A stretch of DNA of 64,000 bases from Mytilus californianus (GCF_021869535.1 NW_026262668.1:136834001-136898000); one strand, 5' to 3'. Positions 27,169-39,895 are shown, counted from the first letter of the stretch. A program made the numbers and translations. Notes: generated from the letters alone by a model not told the origin.

Positions 27169-30100
27169 ATGAATCTTAATATTTGCAGTGTGTTAGTTCT
27201 TCTGGGCTTATATTCGAGTTTGACTGTTAGTTTGGCCTTTCAGCTAAAACAGTCGAAAAGAGATGATCAAGAACATTTGAGTGTAGGACAATTATTTGCC
27301 CAAATGTTAGACAGTATTCTTGGAGATACTAAAAATGTGACTGTTAATAGCACGACTTTACCGTCTACTTTCAGTTGGTTCACCAACAAATTCTCAACCA
27401 ACACTGCCGGAACGAGCAAAGCAACACCAACACAAACTGGCACGAAACTTACCACATCTTCTCAATTAGGAGTGTCAAACACCAGTAATGTAAATCTACC
27501 ATCTAAAAATGTTACCATCGATGGAAACGTGACTCTAGCACCGACATTGTCACGTCCTTCATCTACGACATCTGTCTTGTTGGAAGAAAGATGCGGAGCG
27601 GAGTTTACATTAACAGAGTTGTGTGGTACTGGGTTGGCTTCGCTTCTTGTCGATTTGAACATTTGGGATGTTTATGGAATTATGTTCTCAAATGACGTGA
27701 TTGAAGCATTACTTCTGAATTGTGCTACTGGACACTGGTGTTTATACGACGAGTTTTCCTATTGGAATGGGTTAATGATGGAGAAAGCTGCCATGGTAAA
27801 GGATTCTGAAATCTTCTCTCAAATCTGTCAATCGTCATCCTTGTCGTGTTTTGACACCTTTCTGAACAATGTCACCGGATGTCCTATACAAGAGGTAAGA
27901 ACTATTCTGACAATGTCACCGGATGTCCTATACATGAGGTAAGAACTATTCTTACAATGTCACCGGATGTCCTATACAGGAGGTAAGAACTATTCTGACA
28001 ATGTCACCGGATGTCCTAGACAGGAGGTAAGAACTATTCTGAACAATGTCACCGGATGTCCTATACAAGAGGTAAGTACTATTCTGACAAAGTCACCGGA
28101 TGACCTATACAAGAGGTAAGTACTATTCTGACAATGTCACCAGATGTCCTATACAATATACAAGAGGTAAGAACTATTACGTAGAATACATTATGTAAAA
28201 TACAAGGTATGTTTATGGGAATTTTTGTCAGCTGCGTACCGATCTAACCCTTTCGGATTGATATTTACAGTTGGTTCTTGTGTTGTGCTGCTACACCACG
28301 GTCCCATTTTATGGCCCGACACAAGTTTGGTTTCCGGATGATACTTTATGTACCACTTGACCAAATCTGTTTAAATTTGATCACAACTCCATGACCATTA
28401 AATACAGGTCAAATTCGGTTTTCAAGGATTAAGTTCCTAAGTAACTTTAAGATTTACATCTCTTTGGTTTCCTGATGGTAATTATGGTATCGCTTGACAA
28501 AATCTTTTAAAATTTGCACACAATGTCATGCATCATATTATACAGGCCAAGTTTGATTCTGAGGATTTTTACATCAACATTTTAAAAGTTATGTTCCTAA
28601 ATAACCTTATAACTTATAAGTTCGGTTTTCTTCGGTTTCAGAATGATATTAGAGTACAGCTTGACCAAATCTTTTGAAAATTAAACATAATGTCATGAGC
28701 CATAAAATACAGGTCACGTTTAATTTTGATAGTTTTTACATTTACAGTTCAAGAGTATTACCCATATTTACCTCAATAATCACATTTTTTGGTTTCCTTG
28801 TGATAATTTTAGAGTACACTGCCTGATCAAATCTTAATAAATTTGCACACAATATTTCGGATCATATATATTATACAGACCAACTTTAATTTTAATGAGT
28901 TCAACAGTTATGTTTCTTAGTAAACTTATAAGTTGGATTCACTTCGGATTCGGAATGATAATTAAAGTAAAGCTTGATCAAATCGTTTAAAGCTTAAACA
29001 TAATGCCATGAACCATAAAATATAGGTCACGTTTAATTTTGATGGTTTTGTAATTTACCATTCAAGAGTTATGCCCATAGTTACCTTAATAATTATATTT
29101 CAGTTTTTGCACTTACTGTTTAAGATTTTTTTTTTCTGCAAACTGGGGTATTCGTAATCACTAGATCGCCTTCTTCTAGTTTTGAATGTTCCTCCTTTTG
29201 TCATCCGTACCCACTACATGTTAATATACGGTGTGAGTTTTGCTCATTGCTGAAGTCCATAAGGTTATCTGCAGCTGTTCACATTGCTGGCCTTTGGTCT
29301 TTCGTAGATAGTTGTCTCATCGGCAAGCATACTGTTTTTTATATAAATTCCTTCCTTTTTTTTTGGAAAGGGGGGGGGGGGGGGTGGGGTGGATGGCCCG
29401 ACAAAAATAATTAGTCTGAGCTTTTGCGTCACTTTCGTCCGTCGTCTGTTAGCCTTCAACAATCCACTAAAATCATTGAGCTAGACTGAATCCAATACTA
29501 TTGATACTGATATAAAAATAAGGAAATGTGGTATAATTGCTAATGAGATAACTACTAGTATCCATCACTGAGTTCAAATGACGGCGATGAAAGCAATTTA
29601 AGGTTACCGTACGATCTTCAACAATGAGAAAACCTATACCGTATTGTCAGTTATCAAAAGCCTATAAAAAACATAAAAAATTTGAAACGAGAAAAACTAA
29701 CGACCTAATTTATAACAATACAATTTACGAAAAACAAATATGGCACACATTATTCAACGACAATCACTGAATTACAGGCTCCTGACTTGGGACAGGCTGT
29801 GTTGTCAAACATGTTTGCTAGCGCTCAACCTCCTCTAACTTGGGACAGTGGTGTAACAACACAACATAGAATATACTATAAAATTCATTTGCAAATATTT
29901 TAAAATAATAGGTAGGTACTTGTCACAAAAACAGCTAAAATGAAAACAATAGACACAAAGCACCTATATAAGAACACAGCTAGTTCAAAGCCAATTACAA
30001 CCGTAATAAATAAATCATGTTCTCCAGACAGAAACATTTATTTATATCTTAATTTTAGAGAATGAATTTTACCGTTGAAGCTATAAACATGCTTTGTGAT

Positions 30101-33100
30101 ATGAGAAATGACCATCAGCTGGATTTAACCTGTTATGGTCATTTATTGGCAGCATATCACGTGACTGTGGTGGAATTCCTAAGAGACAATAACAACAAGG
30201 TAAGTACTTTTATAAATAGTTACTTGTCATTTTAATGGTCGCATTAAAGTTCAGTATTATTATTAGTATTATTATTAAAGCTTTGCAAAATTATGACAAT
30301 TCTATTGACAAATGAACCGGTTGAATTGACGAGGAAACTTTATTGCAGTAAGATCACTTGTGAATTTACGAATTATACCAGTTAATTTATTGATATAAAA
30401 TCCAACTTTGAATTGTAACCAATGACAATACAAAGCACTACAACACATTATAGGCGCTTGGGAATTGACACCCCCCTTTTTTCGATATATATATATATAT
30501 ATATATATAATGTTTTGTGTTTTACTGTTTTTAGTAAATGTTCTGTCATATTCTAACTTATTTTCACTTAGCTACTGTACTGTACTGTGTTCTATTTGCC
30601 CTTGATATACATAGAATATTACAATAACAACATGCTATACATGATGCCGATCAGTTCTTATTTTCGTATAAGAGGGACATCATATATGAAGTACTGCTGC
30701 AAGAAGATTTGTTTGTTTAAATACCATGAATTTTTTTTTTAAATGTTAAAACGCACCGTATACCCGTTTATTAAAAAGATTAACTATATTTTACTTTATC
30801 ATTTATTACTTCACACAAATACGTGTCCCACACACATTCTCGTGGTATTTGAGTTGACACACATTCTCGTGGTATTTGAGTTGACACACATTCTCGTGGT
30901 ATTTGAGTTGACACACATTCTCGTGGTAATTGAGTTGATACACATCTCGTGGTATTTGAGGTGACACACATTCTCGTGGTATTTGAGTTGACACACATTC
31001 TCGTGGTATTTGAGTTGACACACATTCTCGTGGTATTTGAGTTGACACACATTCTCGTGGTATTTGAGTTGACACACATTCTCGTGGTATTTGAGTTGAC
31101 ACACATTCTCGTGGTAATTGAGTTGATACACATCTCGTGGTATTTGAGGTGATACACATTCTCGTGGTATTTGAGTTGACACACATTCTCGTGGTATTTG
31201 AGTTGACACACATTCTCGTGGTATTTGAGTTGACACACATTCTCGTGGTATTTGAGTTGACATGCACTCATTCTCGTTGTATTTGAGTTGACACTCATTC
31301 TCGTGGTATTTGAGTTGATACAAACTCTCGTGGTTTTTGAGTTGACACACATTCTCGTGGTATTTGAGGTGATACACATTCTCGTGGTATTTGAGTTGAC
31401 ACACATTCTCGTGGTATTTGAGTTGACACACATTCTCGTGGTATTTGAGTTGACACACATTCTCGTGGTATTTGAGTTGACACACATTCTCGTGGTATTT
31501 GAGTTGAAACACATTCTCGTGGTATTTGAGTTGACACTTATTCTCGTGGTATTTGAGTTGACACACATTCTCGTGGTATTTGAGTTGATACACATTCTCG
31601 TGGTATTTGAGTTGATACACATTATGGCGGTATTTGAGTTGATTTTGGGATATTTTCTGCAGCTTTTACCTTCTTCAGCAGGGTATTGAATATATTTGTT
31701 TGATATGGCTGTACATCTCTACAACGTATACAAAACCTGAACTACATTTCTGTTATTTACATTTAATTAATAGTTAGTATGCTATGAGGTGTGCTGTCCA
31801 ATAAAGGGTCCAAAATAAAAAACAATGGGTCATATTATTTTTTTTTATTATTACAAATTACTTATTTCAGTTACTTTGATATTATATGTTAATCAATTCA
31901 ATCAAAATTATTCATGTTATGTACTTTGTTTAACCTAATTTTAATTTACTTTTATATTATGTTTATAAATTATATTGTAATTATTCTGCTCTTTTTGGGC
32001 GCCGTGATTGGCAAATAAAATTTTTGTTTGTTTGTTTGTTTTGCTGTCATAGTAATAAATATTGTAAAAAGAAAATGATAAGTATGACAACCCTGATCAT
32101 AATGCATCATGTATGGAGTCCATTCTCTTGTTACATGTCACAGCTGGATATAACATTTCATTTTTGAAGTCTCCTTTTTATGGTCGATGCGAACCAGTTT
32201 AAGCTAGATTTTATTCAGGAGATTTGCCATTGATTGTCTAGTCGCTTGTGTTAGTCACGAGCTACTTTACACCTCATTTCAAATAAGTACACGTTTTTAA
32301 ATCAACTAAAATATATTTACCGTATGCTTAAAACCTTAAATTGGAATAGAAGATAATATTCCATCTCTTTATATAAGAATACTTGTCCTTTTTTCTGTTT
32401 CCAATATCAAATCTACAATTGAAATTGATTCTGTTACACTACTGTCCCAGATTTAAGTAGGGTTGAACGTTCGCCAACATGTTTAACCCCACTTCATTGT
32501 ATATGTTCACAAGTCAGCAGTCTGTAATTCGGTGGTTTTCGTCGGTTCCTTTCTATCCTATGTGGTTTTCGTCGGTTCCTTTCTATCCTATTTGTTTTTC
32601 GTTTATTGTTTTGTCATAAATCAAGATGTTGTTTTTTTTTGTTGTTGTTTGAATTGGTTCACATTTTGTCATGGGGTTTTCTGTAGGTGACAATACGGTT
32701 TAGGTTTTAGTTATTGTTGAACGTCCTACGTTGGCCTATAGTTGCTAAGATCTACGTCATTTGGACTCTGGTGGATAGGTGCCTCATTATAGAATCATAC
32801 TACATCCCCTTTTTTATATTCAATATATTGTAGATACTATGTTAAATCCAAAATATAATTAAAAAAAACAAGTTTGACACGAAATGATTATCTCTCTCTT
32901 AATTAACACGATTTTCTTACCCGGGCAGGGAAATACATGTATATGTGAGTTTAACTTAGCTTTAAGATGCAAAAGACACATTCCAACCGAGACCGACTTC
33001 GTTTTATGAGTTGGAACCATCCTAACTTCTAAACAAAAAAGAAATCACAAAAACAATCTTATAAAATGTTTTGATTTTCAGAAATTACAAGAAGGTGTGT

Positions 33101-36100
33101 TTGAAAACGCCGCCTGCCAAAGTCCAGAAGTTTTGGTTAGTACAAAAATGTAACTTCATTTCACTTGTATTTTTATGGTATATAACATAAGAGATAGGTA
33201 TAAAAAAATAATGATACATATAAGAAAAGTATCTTCAGTTAAATTGCATTAAGATGTCTGCTTTAGCTTAGTTGAAACTTGGAGCAAGGGTAAGCATCTT
33301 GCATTAAGTGCCAGACCGCTCATGTGGTCTTGTTCCAGCGTATCGCGTCGAGTACCTGAGGTCGCGTGTACGACCCAAGCTGGGTCAAACAAGACTTAGA
33401 GACCGGTATTTTTGCTTCTCTTTCAAGACCGCGTTAATTAAGAGTAAGAGCAAAGACTGGCCGACTCGGGAACATAATAATGTATATATCAGAGTATAGT
33501 CACATGTCATTCTGATCAGCTGCTTTTTGAGCCAGCACGTTAAATCCCAACTCAGCGTGCCAATGAAACTGTTAGCAAGGTCTGCTCTGAAATCTCATTT
33601 ACAATTATTCTTGGTTTATAAGCTCTTCATTTTTTTTATAAGTTTGGGATTTTCCGATACTTTGGCCTCGAGCATCGCTGAAGAGTCATTTATTGTCTGG
33701 TACAATAAAATTGGTAGCGTTAATATTATGATCGTCCACAGTATTCATTTAACATTTGCTGATGTTAAGAAATCAGCAATCAAAAAATTTAGTGCTATTT
33801 GATACCTTTTTGAATAATAACGTATTTCATTGAGCATATTTTCTTGTATATGTTTTTAAAATTATACTATTTATATTATAAAACATTGAGATATTAATAA
33901 GGATGACTGTTAAGAGTGAGATACATAATTTATGAATTCATCTACACAAAACTTATGACAAAGCTACAAAATATAATTATGTTACTGATATCATGATATT
34001 ATGCACTTCTTCAACTTGTGACAATGATATATGTTTCAAAGTATGTTAGTTTAATCTGATCAATAAAACGAACACATGCATTATGCTAATATAACTAGTA
34101 ACATGCTATGTGTTGTAATGTTACTTTGAAAGTTTAATCAAACCCCAGGTTATGATTACTTCGTGTCAATAGGAACGATATAACATGTCAATAGGAATGG
34201 TATGACATATCAATAAGAATGGTATGACATATAAATAGCAATGATATGACATGCCAATAGCAATGATATGCATGTCAAAAGCAAAATATGACATGTAAAA
34301 TACAACGATATGATATGTCAATAGGAATGGTACGACGTGTTAATAGGAATTATATGACATGTCATTATGAACGATATGACATGTCAATAGGAATGGTGTG
34401 ACATGTCAATAAGAACGGTATTGATATGTCAATATGAATGATATGACATGCCAATGACAATGATATGACATGTCAATAGGAATATCGTTATATCGTACTA
34501 CATAATTTAATGGAAATATTAGTTTGTTTACAGATCAGTAGTACAGTTTATAAACAAAAAAAAGGCATATGAAATATTTAACATCATTGTTTTCTAATTT
34601 CTTTACCAAATCTCATTAAAAACTTCGAGATTTCAATAAAATACGCCCCAAAAGCCATCTTTCATTTAACACGTGTATCATCTGATTTAATCTTTCTAGA
34701 TACAACATATATATAGTTCTAATCCGTATGTTTTCCCGATGTATACTCTGATCGGGGTTCATAGCTGTAAAAACAACATCTGATAGGAAAAAGAATACAG
34801 CTTGCTTTTTATATTTGCTTGACCTTCAAAACATTTCAAAATTACTGCCATCATCAAAATCAAGTTTACTGGAAGTTATTGAGTGGCTTAATTCTTTTGA
34901 TTCATAACTGGAATATTTATTCAGACAATCAATGGTAGACTTTTTCAAAATAAAATACTTTTTTTATATTTTCAGATGACTAAGAGCGTGCTCTGTGTAG
35001 AGGCAAAATGTCCTAGCCATAACGAACTTTTGTTGAAGTATGTTATAAATTATTGATAACACTATCACTTTTTTGTAGTTTTATTAAGAATGTAAAATCG
35101 TTGACAATGAGGATTTCTCTGTTCATTATATGCTGAAATTGTTTAAATCTTTTACGATTTTAAAATCCTATAAAACTTCAAAAAGAAGCATTCAATTCCG
35201 TTCTTAAAATAACATTTAATTGACACGAAAATACACATAGGCTTCAATTTCTTAAGTTTTGAATTGTTTTTTTATCATGGAAAATATGCAACGATGAATA
35301 TAAATGTTTAAAAAAGGATAAAATGGGGAGAAATGACCTTGCCCTCATTATCGAGTGTTGGGGACAATTTTTTACATCATTTATTCTCTCTTCCCGCTTT
35401 TATTTTCTTTACAAAATGTTTCTCTGATTGTGTTAAATCTGAAAAGTACTCTGCACGGATATAATCATATGTCTTAACTATTTCAGTTTCTCGCCATGGC
35501 AATGGTTCAGTCCAAACGTAAGTAAAATCAAGGAAGATTGTCACTTACCAGCAGACACGTGTGATGAAGATGCCACCTTTGGACCTACGGCAACAACTTC
35601 CACTTATATGACTACAGACGAACCAATGACATCCAGTTTACCAACACAAACAACAATTATTCCTGGGATGGCAAACGATGCATTAAGTGGGTCTGGTAAC
35701 GGAGATGACGATAACACAGTATGTATACATTACACCTTTTAATTCATGTTTATCTTTTGTCCGTCATTTAAATAAGGCAATGGCTACGATTACCCGCAAA
35801 AAGTAACAATAAGAAATACTTAGTTACTTTCGAGACTAATTGCCAAAATGTATTTTCGGGCTGGGACTTGATTTTAATCGGACATTGCAGGTAACAATAA
35901 CATCATTTTAGCTCACCTTGACCAAAGGGCCAAGTGAGCTTTTCTCGTCACTTGGCGTTCGTCGTCCGTCGTCGTCTGTTAACTTTTACAAAAATCTTCT
36001 CGTCTGAAACTACTAGGCCAAATTTAACCAAACTTGGCCACAATCATCCTTGGGGTATCTAGTTTTAAAAATGTGTCCGATGACCTCGCCTGCCAACCAA

Positions 36101-39100
36101 GATGGCCGACATGACTAAAAATAGAACATAGGGGGTAAAATGCAAGTTTTGTCTATTATATTGAAAACCGTTATATTTGATTTTTTGATTTTTTGTGTTT
36201 TAACGCCACTTTTAAGCACCGCTTTTGGGCTATTTCGTGGCGGCCAGATTTTATTGGTGGAGGAAGCCGGAGTGCCCGGAGAAAACCACCGACCTTCGAT
36301 AGGAAAACTGACAATCCTAGTCAATTAAGATTGGAGTCGAGTGCACCCGCACGAGCAGGGTTCGAACTCACAACCTCAGTGTTGACTGGCTAGTGGTTAC
36401 AGTAGTTAGACCACTCGGCCACTGAGGCCCCGAAAACCGTTATAAATAGAGAAAATCTGACAAGGCAAAAATGTTCAGAATGTTAAGCTCTACCAATTGT
36501 CCATTACGTCAAAACTGTCAGACGACTTCTTATAGGAGTTATTGCCCGTAAATGACAAATTTTACCATTTTTTTCATTTTTGCCTACAATCTTGCAAACT
36601 ATAAAAGATAGAGAGAAACTTTAAATTGCAAACATGATCAGCAAGATAAGTTTTACAAATAAGTCTAATGGTTGAAATCGTCAATCGACTCCTTATTAGA
36701 GTTATTGCCCTTTGATGACGATTTTTACCAATTTTTTGCGTTTTTGCCTTACACCTTAAAAATTATAATAGATAGAAACTTAAGTAAGCAAAAATGATCA
36801 GCAAAACAAGATCAACAATTGAGGTAATATGGTGGAAATCGTCCGACGACTCCTTATTGGAGTTATTGCCCTTTAATGACGATTTTTACATTTTTTTTTG
36901 CGTTTTGCCTTATATGATAAAAATTATAATAGACAGATAGAAACTTAAATAAACAAAAATGATCAGCAAGAAAAGGTCTACTAACAAGTCAAATTTTGAC
37001 GATAGTTAGTAGACTGTCACTCTTTATAGGAGTGATTGTCCTTAAATTAGGAACTTTTTTTATCCTCTTTTGTGTTTTGAGCAAAAACTAAAGAAGATAG
37101 AGAGAACCTAAACAGAATAAATGATCAGCAATACAAGATCAACATAACAGAGATTTTTGTCATGAATTCTATTCTTGTCTACAATGTTGGAGAGTATCCT
37201 TTGTTGAATATGCATATAGACCAAGGTGAGCGACACAAGCTCTTTAGAGCCTCTAGTTGATTGTTACCTGCAGTTATTGTTATTCGCAAAATATATATTG
37301 ACTGATATAAAAAAAAAGTTTGATTTGTGAGCCATCTGTGAAATAAATTTAAACGAAAAACTATGAACATGATTAACCTTCCAGATGTATAGACCAATAT
37401 GACGTTCTCTTTTGTCATAGTGGGGTCGATTAAAACAACTATGGATTCGAATGAGAAAGATTTCCAATCTGTGGTCGGTGAAAAGTTTATATCCTTTCAA
37501 ACTTTTAATGATAAACTTCAACGATTCAAAGAAGCATTTTTTTTTGCTGTTATATAGAAGTTCTTGTAAAATAGGAGCACCATCCAAAGAACAAACAAAA
37601 AAAGAGATCAGAATTAAAGATATCATGTATTCTAAATTGAAACATACATGAATTCATAAATTTGTTCAAATATGTAAAACAAGATATACGGGACAATGAT
37701 ACGAAGACAGTACAAAGCAACCCGATGCTACACACAAAAAATGTAATAATTTGTAAATGTGAAATTTTGCGGGTAGCAATAACTGCAGGTAACAATAATC
37801 AAAGTACTGAAGTACTGAACATCGGATGACCGCAAGTTCTGGTGGATGGTAACAAGCACTTGTCTAAGAAAAAAAATCACATCTCTATACCTGAAAGTTA
37901 GGTTAAGGTACATAGATATATTTTTTCTGAGACAAGTTCCTGTGTGGATGATGAATAAATGACAGGGAATTCAACCTCACCGTAATAATTATTATATTGT
38001 AGTGATATAATCATTTGTTATCAGTATACTCTGGTTTGTTGTTATATATTATATTAATGTTTGTATACCAGTTATATATATAGCTTTTCATCCATTTATA
38101 TATCATTCTATTCTACTATTATAATGATACTGCAGTGCAAGTGCATGGTGGACACTCTTCTGTAATAATTCGTTTTTCTAATACATTGGATTTGAGTAGG
38201 AGTTCATATTTTCCCGCTTTTGTTGCAAAACGTTCTCGAGATATTCTTCCGCATGCGTTAACACAAATTTTCGGTATCCATGATTTGCTATTGATATATA
38301 TATTTCTCACGACAAAACATTTTCATACATTTATCTATGTTCTTAAAAATTATTTTCATGAATATTTATTGGTGAAATTAGTATATAACAAGCGATAAGG
38401 AATGTCATTTTGCACTCGATAATATCCGCGTAATTATACGAAATACGTTCGGTTATCAGTCAAACGGCAAGGAAATTTCTTCGGCAACATAACACCGGTA
38501 TGACCTTCAAGGTCACATCCGATGTAAAAATTATATTATTGTTACCTGTAACCAGAATTTGTCAACAGACTCCTCAAATGAATTATTGCCCCTGACTGAC
38601 AATTTTTACCATTTTTTGTCAAAAACTATTGTGGATAGAGACAAACTATACAGGCGAAAATAATTAGCAAAATAAGAGCTACAAATAAGCCAGCTTGACT
38701 GAAATCATCAGTCGACTCCATATGGGAGTATTTGCCCTTGAGTAGCAATTTTTACTCATTTTATAAAACAATTTTGGCTATAATCATGAAAACTATATAA
38801 AGAGATACATTGAACAGCATATATGATCAGCTAGACAAGATCTACAAAGAAGACATCATGGCTAAAATCATCACTGGACTCCTTATAGGAGTCATTGTCC
38901 TTGAATGACGATTTTTACCCTTTGTGTAAGGTGATATACCAAAAGAAATTGTAGAAAAAGTGTTAAATGCGAAAAGAATCAGCAAAATTAGATCTACAAA
39001 TAAGTGACCAAAATTGTCAGTCTTGTTACAGGAGTAATTGCCTATTTCCATCCAGAAGCGAGTGAAAAAGTCACCAAGGCAACATTGTTATATACTAAAT

Positions 39101-39544
39101 AAAATAAGGAGATGTGATATAGTTGCCAACGAGACAACTATCCACCAGATTTAAGCAACTATGAACCACAGTATGGCCTTCAACAATGAGAAAAACTCAT
39201 ACTGTATAGTAATCTATAAAGGTCTCTGGAGACAAAATGTGAAACAATCAAAAATAGAAAACCAAAAGCCTGAATTATGTTTTTATGAATTCATAATGCA
39301 CATAGGAAAAACATCAGAAGTTAAGCCATGTACTGAAGTAAGTGGTTGTATATATATTTCTTATAAATTTCTTTTTTAGAATGATGGCTCTTTCGTTTCC
39401 GAAATGACGATGATTTTAGGAGTTTGTGCTGGTATAATTATAGCAGTGTCGGGTTTCTTTGTATTGATATATTCTTGCTGGAGAAAACACGGATTGAGGA
39501 GAATAGACAAGGTTGGATACACACCACTAAGGAATCAGGACTGA
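27169..39544 (+). CDS. Uncharacterised type I single-pass membrane glycoprotein, 459 aa, 6 coding exons
   Basis: join(27169..27894, 30059..30199, 33082..33135, 34976..35037, 35487..35718, 39380..39544) = 1380 nt, GT-AG introns, phases 0/0/0/2/0. Signal peptide MNLNICSVLVLLGLYSSLTVSLA, Thr/Ser-rich region, 14-Cys ectodomain, Thr-rich stalk with SGSG, TM segment MILGVCAGIIIAVSGFFVLIYSCW, basic stop-transfer residues, tail ending GYTPLRNQD. Confidence 0.85.
27863..28178 (+). repeat. 44-bp minisatellite, 7 copies, spanning the exon 1 / intron 1 boundary
   Basis: Unit AATGTCACCGGATGTCCTATACAAGAG|GTAAGAACTATTCTGAC; donors at 27895, 27939, 27983, 28027, 28072, 28116, 28167. Confidence 0.95.
28310..29180 (+). 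mobile_element. Degenerate HINE-like element with ~150-160-bp core repeats
   Basis: About five diverged repeats of TTGGTTTCC.GATGAT..CTTGACCAAATC..AAATACAGGTC. Confidence 0.55.
30831..31642. repeat. 27-bp minisatellite, ~30 copies (intron 2 of the membrane-protein gene)
   Basis: Unit CACACATTCTCGTGGTATTTGAGTTGA; source of all 9-aa periodic ORFs at 30743-31689. Confidence 0.97.
33310..33570 (+). mobile_element. Degenerate tRNA-derived SINE-like fragment
   Basis: CpG-rich head with a decayed B-box-like GTACGACCC, followed by AAGAGTAAGAGCAAAGACTGG, a block I recall from mussel SINEs. Confidence 0.45.
34165..34485. repeat. ~22-bp degenerate minisatellite (GACATGTCAATAGGAATGGTAT)
   Basis: About 14 diverged copies visible. 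Confidence 0.85.
35906..37258 (+). mobile_element. HINE/Helentron-like non-autonomous element carrying a nested SINE
   Basis: 5' TTTTAGCTCACC, (GTC)n tract, degenerate core repeats (GACTCC..GGAGTTATTGCCC), 3' GGTGAGC subterminal IR and GCTC-TTTA-GAGC hairpin. Same family in reverse at 46133-47005; decayed copies at ~38560-39050, 50850-51720 and 53480-54150. Confidence 0.75.
36176..36431 (-). mobile_element. Full-length tRNA-derived SINE with 13-bp TSD
   Basis: Minus strand: GGGGCCTCAGTGGCCGAGTGG (A box), GTTCGAACC (B box), central GGTGGTTTTCTCCGGGCACTCCGGCTTCCTCCACC (V/Meta-type core, from memory), (CAAAAAAT)n tail; TSD GAAAACCGTTATA at 36163-36175 and 36432-36444. Confidence 0.9.
37260..37796. 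mobile_element. ~535-bp MITE with ~30-bp TIRs
   Basis: ATTGTTACCTGCAGTTATTGTTATTCGCAAAAT ... ATTTTGCGGGTAGCAATAACTGCAGGTAACAAT; no clear TSD. Confidence 0.65.
37797..38535 (-). repeat. Inverted copy of the 25745-26537 repeat (intron 5 of the membrane-protein gene)
   Basis: Reverse-complement homology, visible block by block. Confidence 0.85.
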
Positions 39545-39895
39545 CTAATATTAGATGATTGATACTTATATCATTATGAAATCAGGCCCAATACATAATT
39601 TTCTTTATTCACTGTCGTGTCCTTTTTTTGCCAGATTGATTTCCGTGCTAAGATTGAAAATTACTATGAACACTATAAGTCTTATATTTGTTTTTAATTT
39701 GTTTTTTATTTTTTACGTTTAACTGATTTCAGGTATACAGGTTTCTATTAAAAATTAAAACATTGAGTCTGTATGTGACATTATAATGCAACGGAGAGAA
39801 AAACAATGTGTAATTCAATTGTACTCCAGAATCTGGATTCAACTTAAATATAAAATGTCATAAAACAAATTGAGTTACCCTTAATTAGAGAAAAC

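Noticed and set aside
27143-27188. Upstream ATG (ATGAAGTGTTGG) with donor GTGAGT and acceptor TTGCAG around the start of the membrane-protein gene
   Set aside because: The implied intron is only 27 nt and the spliced frame stops quickly; ATG 27169 gives a normal signal peptide.
30743-31689. Long ORFs (up to 280 aa) and a CRISPR-like periodicity
   Set aside because: A pure 27-bp tandem repeat with no unique spacers and no cas genes; the ORFs are a by-product of a unit length divisible by 3.
37264-37626. 120-aa ORF inside the 535-bp MITE
   Set aside because: No transposase or other motif; composition is typical of AT-rich non-coding frames.
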